A stretch of DNA of 64,000 bases from positions 33,467 through 97,466 of the IMG/VR virus record IMGVR_UViG_3300005438_000120; one strand, 5' to 3'. The position numbers were made by a program, and so were the translations under genes. Origin of the DNA: a virus (lineage: Duplodnaviria; Caudoviricetes). Of the stretch, positions 47,635 to 56,336 are shown piece after piece. Numbering within the stretch: the first letter of the stretch is position 1; the number at the start of each line of letters is the position of its first letter. The notes beneath the pieces are model-generated. The model was not told the origin of the DNA and ran no database searches. It worked only from the letters and a program-made list of their open reading frames with translations.

Positions 47635-49493
47635 CGACGCAGCCAACCGGTACCGCCGCAATCAGGGCAGTCTTTGCGGTGCGCGCAAGCGGCGATGTGC
47701 TCTTTCATGTGGAGCGCCGCAGAGCCGCATGAGCAGTGAAGCGTCTGCGAGATGAGCGGCGTGATCGTTATAGTAACGTTCGTCCCATCGAAAACGATGC
47801 TTTCGATCAGCGTGAGTGCTTCGCCGTCATCGGCGCAAACGTACCGCGTGACGCCGGGATGCTCTTCGTAAACGTACATGACGATGCTGGTCGTATGCAG
47901 TGCGTGGACGCTCGACGTGATCCATTCGTCCAGCAAACGCTCCGTCGCAGACGCTATCGTGTTGCGGGTGAAGCTCGCGGCGGCATCGCGCAAGTCATGA
48001 ACGTTGTCATCTACGGACGGCAGAGCGATCCCGAAATCACGCGGTTCTTCCGCGCGGGACATGCACTCCAGCAACTTCGATTCGATCACCGCTGCCGCAT
48101 TCGGCAGTTTGCGCAGGAAGGCGATTATGTCCGTGCGCAGCGCGACGGTGTAGCGCTGTTTCGGCTCGCCGTTCGGAGCGGTTGGCTTGCGTCCGCGCTT
48201 CACCGTAGCGCCGTCCCGAGATCGAGCATCTTGCGGAACGTGGCGATGCGCTCAACGCTATTCGGGTCGGTAGGGCGAATGGCCTTGATCGCGCTCTCAA
48301 CTTCGGAGCGGGCAATGAACCATGGATGGTAGTCGCCGCCGCGCGGCTCACCGAGCCGGAGTTTCATGATTCGACTCCGCGTCCGCGCAGCTTCGTAGAG
48401 ACGCTGTACACGCCAGCGCCGAGACTCCTTTGCGTGATGTCGTAGATGCCACCAGCAAGAATCAACTCGCCGTCTGTCCGCAGCATGATTTCGCGTAGTT
48501 GCTCACGGGTGACCGACCCGTGCGCCAATCCCGGCATGCTCGCTAGGAAGCTGAGAAAGAGTTCTGCGAACGCTTCTACGGCGGAAGTTGATGACTTTGT
48601 TTTCATTTCCGCTCCTTCGAAATCTCATTCGCGATGCGTTCGATGTGAACGGCGAGCTTGAACCTGTTCGCGTCAGGCTTGCGCAGTTCTGCGGCGATCT
48701 CGCGCAGGCGGTCCATGCGCGCCTGAATCTCCACGAACAGATCGATGCCGTTCATATTCAAGCGAATCAGGTCAACGTTCTGCGGCGGTTTCGATACAAC
48801 CGCTAAGGCGGGTATTGTTGGTCCCGTGAGGCATTCGGAGCATGCGCGGCGCTTCACGGCTAGCGCTCTCGACCGCGCTGCGTTCGTGTGTTTCTTGGGT
48901 AGCGTGACCGATGTTGAATGTCCGCAATCCAGTTTGTAGTTGATGCGCGTGCGACCCGTGATCGATTGACTAGCGTTGCTTGATACGACACTGCTGAACT
49001 TCTTTCCGGTAGTCGTCATCATGGTTGTTCCTGTTTCGGCGTGATGCGTCACGCCGTGTTCCATTCAAAGAAAACGAGAAGCGTTCCGGTGGAGTCGATA
49101 ACGTTGCCGCGATGCTTCGTCGCCTTCGGTCCGTGGATGCCTAGGCAGGAAAATAGAACGCCGTTGACCTTGACGGATTCGGCGCAAACGAATTTGGCGC
49201 TCATGACTTCACCTTTGCGGGCGGCTCCGGCAGCGGCATCCAATGCGTGACGCCCCAGTCATCAATCGCGTTTCCATGGAAGCCCGGAACGGTAGCAACT
49301 GGTTCCATCCGGTCGGAGTACATCGCGACGGTGCCGATGACGATTCCGAGAACGGGGCTATACAACAGAGACTTCGGGAGACTGCCGTCGTTCGGCATCG
49401 TCACAGGGTGACTTTCGATCGGCTTCCACTCGTTCTTGGTATTCATCGTTGCCTCCATGCCGACAAGATACGTCCTCTTCAGAGTTTATGCAA
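47628..49493 (-). other. Leftward accessory cassette: 49201..49458 (DUF551-like), 49049..49204, 48603..49022, 48364..48606, 48200..48367, 47628..48203 (N-terminal RHH/BrnA-like)
   Basis: Own promoter TTGCAT(49493-49488)-N17-TATCTT-N6-ATGGAGGCAACGATG; coupled ORFs; WKPIE...THWMPLPEPP. Confidence 0.7.
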
Positions 49494-49560
49494 GCACAAA
49501 TAGACACTCCCCGGCACAATTTTTCGTAAGTTACTGAAAACAAAGGAAAGATAACCGCAC

Positions 49561-52500
49561 ATGGAAGGCGACGGCATCAACGAATCAGTAATCCTGAATT
49601 TCGCAGTTGAGGGCACGGAAACAATCGTCGCCGCTGCCGAAATTCAGGACGGCTTGACGGCGAGCGTGGAGGCTTTCGCCTCTAGCGCCACGTCTGCGTA
49701 CGCGAAAGCCAACGCCGCGCAGAAGTCCATCATCGATGCCTACATGCAGCAGGCGCAGGCCGCGAAAGAGTCAGGCGCGAGCGCGATGCGTCAGAGTGCG
49801 GACATCAAGGCCGCAATTGCTGACCTCGAAAAGTACGCGATCTCATGGGCGCAGGGCGCAAACGCATCCATCACCGGCTCAGCGGCGGCTGCTGAAGCGG
49901 CGGGAGTCCTTCGCGTAGAACTCGCGCAACTCGCCGCAGCGCAGGCAGCGCAGGCGGCAGCAGCGAAGGCGGCAGCAATTGAACAAGCCGCTCTCGCTAA
50001 ACTTGCCGGAAATCCTGCCGCAGTTGAAGGCTACCTTGCACAAGCTGATGCCATCGTTACATCGAATGTCGCGCTCGGACTTCAACAGGTGCAGCTCCGT
50101 ACGATCGCGGCAGAACTTCAGAAAGATGTAGCCGGATTCGCAGCGCTCGGTGATGCAGGAATTGCGGCGGCGGAAGAATCATCGGAAGCGCTGACCGTGG
50201 TCCGTGCTGCGCTCGCGTCAATTGCCGCGGAGCAGAAAGTTGTCATGGATGGTATGGCCGGAATCGCTGCCGCGTCGGTAGTCGCTGGCAACGCGGCAGA
50301 AGCCGGGATAGGCAAGGAGATCGCGAGAGAGGCGGCGAAGCTGGCCGGAGTCGAATCAGGCATCATCAGTATGGCCGGAAAGATGGCCCCGCTAGCCGCA
50401 GGAATTGGACTCGTCATTCTGGCGAAGGATGCGACCGAATACGCGGCGTCTCTTGAACACATGCACGAAAAGTTAGGCATCGCTACCGAGACGCTTTCCG
50501 TATTCGGCGTTGCCGCCCGCCAGAACGGGATGGAAGTTCAGGACATGAACCGCTCTATCGCGATGCTGTTCAAGAACATCGATCTTGCGCTACATCAGGG
50601 CGGGAAGAAGCAACTCGTTAACCTGAGCGAGATGCTAGGCATGAGTCAGGAAGACACTATCCGATGGGGGAAAACAGCCGACGCGACAAAGATTTTGCTG
50701 GATACGATCACGGCGATCGACGCGATTCCAGACCCCGTTACTCGTCTCGCTAAAGCGCAAGAGCTACTGGGCCGCACGGCTGGCGCTGGACAGCTTCTGA
50801 ACACCATTCACCAACTCGCAGGAGCTGGGTTCGAACAAGTCACAAAGCAAGCCCGCGAACTCGGAATGGTAATCGACGAGGAGACAGCAAGGAAGGCTCT
50901 TGAATTCGAGCGATCGTGGGCACGCATGAAGTTGGCACTGATGGGTTTCGGTACGCAGTTGATTCCTATCGTTAGTGCGCTAGGTCAACTTCTGGATGTA
51001 ATTATAAAGATCAAAAACCTGACCCCAGAATCGGGTGCTGTTGGTTTTGCGTCTAGCGCTACCCAGGCAGTCATCAATCCGTTAGTGCAGTTACAGTTGA
51101 TCCAACGCGCGTACGCGACTACCCGTGACGCTGCCGAGAAATGGATCAGCGAGCATAGCGGACGCGCGCTGAACGCGCTAGGTGTAGGCGCATGGGGCGT
51201 GTCTGGCGTTGGCGTTGATAGGGGACCAGCACCGCAACAATCTTTCGAAGAGCACATGCAAGCGGCGATCGACCGGACGCCACCACTTACGGCTGAACAA
51301 AAACTGAAACAGGAAGAACTACTTAAGCTGGCGCAAGATCAGTACGACATCGCCGAGAAGCAATATCTAGTAGCTGTCGCCCGCAATGTCGTCGAGAAGC
51401 AACGCGCAGACTATGCATTGAGAGTTTCCGAGATCACAAAGGAGTTCGACAAACAAAAGGCCACTATTGAGGAGCAGCGGAACAAGAGAGAAATCACGCC
51501 TGAAGTGGCCGCTGCCGCTATCGCTAAAGATCAGTTAACCGCGCAACTGAAGCTGAACAAGGAAAAGGCTGACTACAACGTTCAAGCCGCCGAAACTAGA
51601 CGCGACGAAAACGAGGCTCTGCGCGTTCTTTCTGATCAGCTCGCGATTCAACGCCTGCAAACCTCTGTGGCAGGAGGTACGTCCGCGATCGTGAAAGAGC
51701 AGGTTTCGTTCGCCGAGAAACAACTTTCTATCCAAAACGATCTCGCCGCTGCCGAGCGCCGCATCACGGCCCCCGGCCCCAATGCGTTGCCACAGGAAGA
51801 GCAGCAGAAACAGCTCGCTTTGGAGCGCGCGAACGTGGAGCAAAAGACAGTAGCGGCGCTTTTGGATCACCTCTCCGTAGCGATGCGCATCACGGTCGCG
51901 GAAGCGGCGACTACCCGCGAGATGAACCTCGCCGCCGATGCCGAAGAACGCAATCTTCAGATCGCACGCAACTCTATCGCGTTGGAACTCCTGAATCAGC
52001 ACACGATCCAAACGACGTCCGACATTCAGCGCGGTCTGGCGTTGGAGCGTCAAAACGCTCTCACAAGCCTCGCGTATAAGCGCGCCCAGATTGATGAAGA
52101 GGAGCGTAGGGCGCTAGAGGAGCAGAACTTAGCCGTAGCTGACGCGATGGCAAAAGCGATGCTCCTTGGCGTTGACGATCCCGCCGCGATAGAGGCTGCC
52201 TTCGCGCGTATTGCGGCTATCCGCCGCAAAGCAAATTCGGAGCGCGTGCAGGCGGAGCTTCAAACGCAATCAACGATCGCGAACGGGGAGTTTCAGTCCA
52301 TACAGAAAACGAATGAAGCGTGGGCAGAGGCGCGCTATCAGAAAAGAATCATGGACGCGCAGGCGATGGCGAACGCCGCGCAGGACATGGCTACGATCTT
52401 CGGCGACCCCATGATGAAGGTTGCCGCTGATTTCCTTCACGGCATCGTTGACGCTATGAAGAAAGCCGCGGATCAGGCTAACGAGATTTGGCGAACGGTC

Positions 52501-54450
52501 GGCGAAAACATCACGCAGGGATTTTCGACGCTGTTTTCCGATCTCGCGCGCGGCGGCGGATTTTCAACCGCCTTCAAAGACATGGGGCAGCAGTTCGAGT
52601 CGTCGTTCGGCGGCATCGTAGAGAAGCGAATCAAGGTCTGGTCGGACGAACTTCAACGTGTAGCGCAGGGCAAGCCGCTTCTCGATCAGCAGGGTAACGC
52701 AATCGCTGGAACTACGCCTACCGGTCCGGAGCAGAACAGCGCGCAGCTCAAGCTCGGCGGATTCATGGCGGCACAGGCCGGACTCGCCGGATATTCGGCG
52801 GGATCGGGACACGGGCAGGCTACTATCAGCGCTATTTCTGCTGCTACCTCCGCAGCGATAGCCTTCGCCGAAACAGGCCCGTATGCAATCTTAGCAGCCG
52901 TGATCGCCGCTGCCGCTTCCGAGATCGGCTCGGCGATATCGACAGCTCAAAAACAATCCGAGTACCTCTACGGCGTCCCGGTATTCACCAACGGCAAAGC
53001 CTCGATCGGCGCCGAGCGGAACATCAACGCCCAAAAAGATCAGGAGATGGTCGCAAAACTCCAAGATACGTTCGATTCGACTTGGAACGGATTCATCGCG
53101 ATCATGGGCAAGCTGGGCGGCATCAATCCGCAGATGCCAGACCGAATATTGGGCGGGTTTCAGCCTGCTCCGTCCGCGAATTGGGAGAAGCATTTTCAGC
53201 AATACCTTACCGACACCTTGCCGCTCCAGATCGCCGCTTTATTCAAAGCCGGAATGGAGAAGAGCTTCGTTTCAAGCGGCGTCACCTCGGAAGCCTTCGA
53301 TAAGTTTTGGGCGGAGGCGAACGCACTTGATCCTCAGAAGCGCATGCAGTTCTGGCAGGATTTGTCAGACGGCATCGTATCGTTCGCGCATGCTCAGGCA
53401 GTATTCGACGGCGTGAAACGGCTTGGTGGAGACTACGCAGGTTCGAAGTTCGACGCGCAGGGCAACCCTCTGCTCGGCGGCGATAACGACTTCATATCGG
53501 CACTGCGGACGGGGGCGAAACAGGTATTCGACATCGCCCGCAATATGGTGAGCTTGACCGGCCCAGACCGCATCGCGGCGTTCAAGCAGATGGGCGCTTC
53601 GGTTGATCAGATCGCGGCCTCCTTCGCGCAGTTCATTCAGCAAGTCGGCGCGTCGCTGAAGAATGTCAAACAGCAGTTCAATGACGCTTACCTCCAACAC
53701 AACCTCGCCGCCGCTGGTGAGGTTCGGGATGCGAACGGCAACATCATCCACCAGAACGACCCGAACGCGCAGGCGCGGCTTTTGGAGCAAGCCTACAATC
53801 AGAACCTATACAAAATTCAACACGCCTCTTCGCTCGGCCTGAATCCGCAGGACATCGAAGCTCTGACGCAGCAAAGCATCAATTATCTGAATCAAATCTT
53901 AGCGCTTGATCCCACTAAGGAAGCGAACGATTGGTGGATGAAGCAGATGTCCGCGCTTCAGACTTCATCCGAAGCCGCGCTGAAGCTGATGGGTGATGTC
54001 GCGACTGATGAGATGCAGAAGTTCCTTGACAGCATTAAGCCGTTCAAAGATTACATGCTCGGAATGCCGGTTGAGATCGACCCGTCGATCGTTGCGCTCG
54101 AAGCCGAGTTTGACGGTCTAGCGGCTGCGATTGCCGCGCTGACGGTGTCAATCACAAACAACACCTCCGACATAAACGGCGGCACGGGCACAGGCACGAA
54201 CGGCGGGACCGGCAGCGAGCCGCATAGCGGGAATCCTAACTATCGCGACCCGAACGACGGCGGCGTCAATAGGCCGATCATTCCCGGAGTAGGTGACTCG
54301 AACGGAAACAGTATCGGCGGTGGCGGAACGGTCATCATCCAGTTCAACGGCGGCGTGTTCGTCGGCATGGAGGAGTTTCAGCAGGCGGTCAACGACGGCG
54401 TAGCGTTAGCGAACAGAGAAAGCCCGCAGAAGTTCTTGCCAGTGTTCTGA
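49561..54450 (+). CDS. Tape measure protein
   Basis: 1629 aa, Ala/Gln-rich helical; A..LG...LGR, ARELG.VID tape-measure pattern. Confidence 0.9.
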   Translation: MEGDGINESVILNFAVEGTETIVAAAEIQDGLTASVEAFASSATSAYAKANAAQKSIIDAYMQQAQAAKESGASAMRQSADIKAAIADLEKYAISWAQGANASITGSAAAAEAAGVLRVELAQLAAAQAAQAAAAKAAAIEQAALAKLAGNPAAVEGYLAQADAIVTSNVALGLQQVQLRTIAAELQKDVAGFAALGDAGIAAAEESSEALTVVRAALASIAAEQKVVMDGMAGIAAASVVAGNAAEAGIGKEIAREAAKLAGVESGIISMAGKMAPLAAGIGLVILAKDATEYAASLEHMHEKLGIATETLSVFGVAARQNGMEVQDMNRSIAMLFKNIDLALHQGGKKQLVNLSEMLGMSQEDTIRWGKTADATKILLDTITAIDAIPDPVTRLAKAQELLGRTAGAGQLLNTIHQLAGAGFEQVTKQARELGMVIDEETARKALEFERSWARMKLALMGFGTQLIPIVSALGQLLDVIIKIKNLTPESGAVGFASSATQAVINPLVQLQLIQRAYATTRDAAEKWISEHSGRALNALGVGAWGVSGVGVDRGPAPQQSFEEHMQAAIDRTPPLTAEQKLKQEELLKLAQDQYDIAEKQYLVAVARNVVEKQRADYALRVSEITKEFDKQKATIEEQRNKREITPEVAAAAIAKDQLTAQLKLNKEKADYNVQAAETRRDENEALRVLSDQLAIQRLQTSVAGGTSAIVKEQVSFAEKQLSIQNDLAAAERRITAPGPNALPQEEQQKQLALERANVEQKTVAALLDHLSVAMRITVAEAATTREMNLAADAEERNLQIARNSIALELLNQHTIQTTSDIQRGLALERQNALTSLAYKRAQIDEEERRALEEQNLAVADAMAKAMLLGVDDPAAIEAAFARIAAIRRKANSERVQAELQTQSTIANGEFQSIQKTNEAWAEARYQKRIMDAQAMANAAQDMATIFGDPMMKVAADFLHGIVDAMKKAADQANEIWRTVGENITQGFSTLFSDLARGGGFSTAFKDMGQQFESSFGGIVEKRIKVWSDELQRVAQGKPLLDQQGNAIAGTTPTGPEQNSAQLKLGGFMAAQAGLAGYSAGSGHGQATISAISAATSAAIAFAETGPYAILAAVIAAAASEIGSAISTAQKQSEYLYGVPVFTNGKASIGAERNINAQKDQEMVAKLQDTFDSTWNGFIAIMGKLGGINPQMPDRILGGFQPAPSANWEKHFQQYLTDTLPLQIAALFKAGMEKSFVSSGVTSEAFDKFWAEANALDPQKRMQFWQDLSDGIVSFAHAQAVFDGVKRLGGDYAGSKFDAQGNPLLGGDNDFISALRTGAKQVFDIARNMVSLTGPDRIAAFKQMGASVDQIAASFAQFIQQVGASLKNVKQQFNDAYLQHNLAAAGEVRDANGNIIHQNDPNAQARLLEQAYNQNLYKIQHASSLGLNPQDIEALTQQSINYLNQILALDPTKEANDWWMKQMSALQTSSEAALKLMGDVATDEMQKFLDSIKPFKDYMLGMPVEIDPSIVALEAEFDGLAAAIAALTVSITNNTSDINGGTGTGTNGGTGSEPHSGNPNYRDPNDGGVNRPIIPGVGDSNGNSIGGGGTVIIQFNGGVFVGMEEFQQAVNDGVALANRESPQKFLPVF

Positions 54451-54642
54451 GGTAGAATCGGCGCATGAAACTCATACTCTACGGCAAGTGGGTCGAAATA
54501 GCCGAGTGCGAGCGCGCGACCCCGCAGCAAGTAGCTGACCAGATCAACGCGGCTGCCGATTGGATGATCCCTGCACGCGTAGAGAACGGGTGTGTAATTA
54601 CTCCGCTTCCGTGGCCTTCGATTAGCTCGATTCAGGTGATGC

Positions 54643-55209
54643 ATGTCGCGTGATCTATCTGTTTTTGGATCGCTTCACGCCGAAGCTAGTCAAATCTCGC
54701 TGAGCCTCATCGCGGTCGATCTCCCGACGCTTCCTATCTTCGCTACGACGATCGACACGACGGTCTATGTGAATCTCACTACCGGCGCCACACGGGTATC
54801 GCCCGCTACCGGCTTCACGGCCTTTCCGCCGTACGCGGGCCTGAAGATTCCCGCCCTGAAGCCGATGGACCCGATGCAGATCGAGTTCTCAAACGCGGAT
54901 GAGTTTTGGGGCGGAGTGAATGCGGCAGGCGGGTACGTCGATCGCGCCGTGACGATCTGGCAGGGGCAGGTAGACGCGACGGACGAAGTAGACCCTGACG
55001 TGTTCACGTTCACCGATGCCGTGAAGTTCTACGTGGGGCAACTGAAGAACATCATTCGCGCGTACGACACCGCGACGCTGAAGGTTGATCCGCATCCGAA
55101 CGCGAACACGATTCGGCTGCCACGTGAGCGGTACGATCAGGTTCGTTTCAGACGATGCCCGGTGCCGGGTACGGAGTTAGTTACGGGGTACACAGTTCGG
55201 GTGCTATAG
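54643..55209 (+). CDS. Tail-tip / hub-like protein
   Basis: After tape measure; IEFSNAD...VTIWQG...FYVG...LPRERY. Confidence 0.55.
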   Translation: MSRDLSVFGSLHAEASQISLSLIAVDLPTLPIFATTIDTTVYVNLTTGATRVSPATGFTAFPPYAGLKIPALKPMDPMQIEFSNADEFWGGVNAAGGYVDRAVTIWQGQVDATDEVDPDVFTFTDAVKFYVGQLKNIIRAYDTATLKVDPHPNANTIRLPRERYDQVRFRRCPVPGTELVTGYTVRVL

Positions 55210-55460
55210 GCGGTCAATACCAAGTGCCGGAGTCGAGTTTCTTGATTCGTTCGGCAGCCCACTCGCGAGCTTCTTTCGCGTCCGTAACCGTGACGCTCTT
55301 TGACAGCTTGATTAGCCCATCATCTCCGCCGCATCCGATCAGCAATATATCGAGCGCGATGCGGATAGCTTCTAGGCGCTTGCGGGTGAGGTTCATTTCA
55401 TCGCCCCGACGTCTAATCTGGGCGTTACCTTCTTATCGGACACAAGCCATCCCTTTCAAC

Positions 55461-55491
55461 GGCGATCAGAACCTCTGCGCTTGACTAAAGC
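55461..55491. repeat. Left arm of inverted repeat
   Basis: GGCGATCAGAACCTCTGCGCTTGACTAAAGC; reverse complement of 56145-56176 apart from one extra G there. Confidence 0.95.
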
Positions 55492-55501
55492 GGGTGTTAG
55501 A

Positions 55502-56116
55502 TTAACGTACGGCGATAGCCGCTGTGGGTGACTTCGTGGGTTTGTGCGGCATGACGGGAATCGCGCCGGGCTTCAATTCGCGCCGAGGATCACCGTGAGC
55601 GACAATGCGGTTGAACTCTGCGCGGAAGGCTTCGAGCCGCTTTTGTGCAGCGACGTTGTAAGGCTGCCCGCGCAAAGCGTAGTCGGTCACGGCGATGAAG
55701 TCATTCAGGTCACCGTCAGGGACGCGGCCAGTCAACCGCAGGAACGACATGATCTTTTCGGCCTGAACTTCCACCGAACGGTTGTCGCTCTCGTTGTTGG
55801 ACGCGTTCCACAGGCAGTAGGAACCAAGTTCCAAGCAGTAGTAGATTTCGGGGGTATACGGCCCGGGAGGCGTGTACATCGGGTGACACTCACTCACTCC
55901 GTATGACATTGACGACCCGTGCAGGTCCAACAGATGCGCCACGCAATGGGACCCAGTGTTCTGATTTCCTTCGCAGGTGTAGCAGGCGCCGAATCCGCCC
56001 CCCATGTTCCCGTAATCGGGGTAATCCACGCCGTAGTCGTTTTGCGCGAACGCACCGACGCTGGCCAGCGCGAGAAGTACTGCTAGAAAAATCGTTAACT
56101 TTTTCATTGGAGCCAT
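55502..56116 (-). CDS. Secreted protein with six-cysteine N-terminal domain
   Basis: AGGAGG RBS; MKKLTIFLAVLLALASVGAFA-Q signal peptide; six Cys in the next ~75 aa. Confidence 0.8.
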   Translation of the reverse strand: MAPMKKLTIFLAVLLALASVGAFAQNDYGVDYPDYGNMGGGFGACYTCEGNQNTGSHCVAHLLDLHGSSMSYGVSECHPMYTPPGPYTPEIYYCLELGSYCLWNASNNESDNRSVEVQAEKIMSFLRLTGRVPDGDLNDFIAVTDYALRGQPYNVAAQKRLEAFRAEFNRIVAHGDPRRELKPGAIPVMPHKPTKSPTAAIAVR

Positions 56117-56144
56117 TCCCTCCTGTTGTTAAAAAGTTGAAATT

Positions 56145-56176
56145 GCTTTAGTCAAGCGCAGAGGTTCTGGATCGCC
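56145..56176. repeat. Right arm of inverted repeat
   Basis: GCTTTAGTCAAGCGCAGAGGTTCTGGATCGCC; 25-bp perfect core 56145-56169. Confidence 0.95.
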
Positions 56177-56336
56177 TCCGCTGTGATGCGCGAACCGTTC
56201 TGGGGCTATATCCTCGTTCCGTCCCCACACTCCCGCGCAACACAGCGCAGACTACCCGTTAAGCCTCTTTATGCTGCGGACGACGCAAGTAATGCGGTGC
56301 GAACCATCTCTCTGCCTCTTCGTGACTCCGATGCAG

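Noticed and set aside
49494-49548. attP-like site (GCACAA twice, CGTAAGTTACTGAAAACAAAGG)
   Set aside because: No integrase or tRNA fragment nearby; equally explained as promoter upstream sequence
56190-56306. tmRNA, group I or group II intron in the structured leader
   Set aside because: Peptide ends in AA but there are no tRNA-like ends; R-like and S-like group I motifs lie on opposite strands; domain V resemblance is weak
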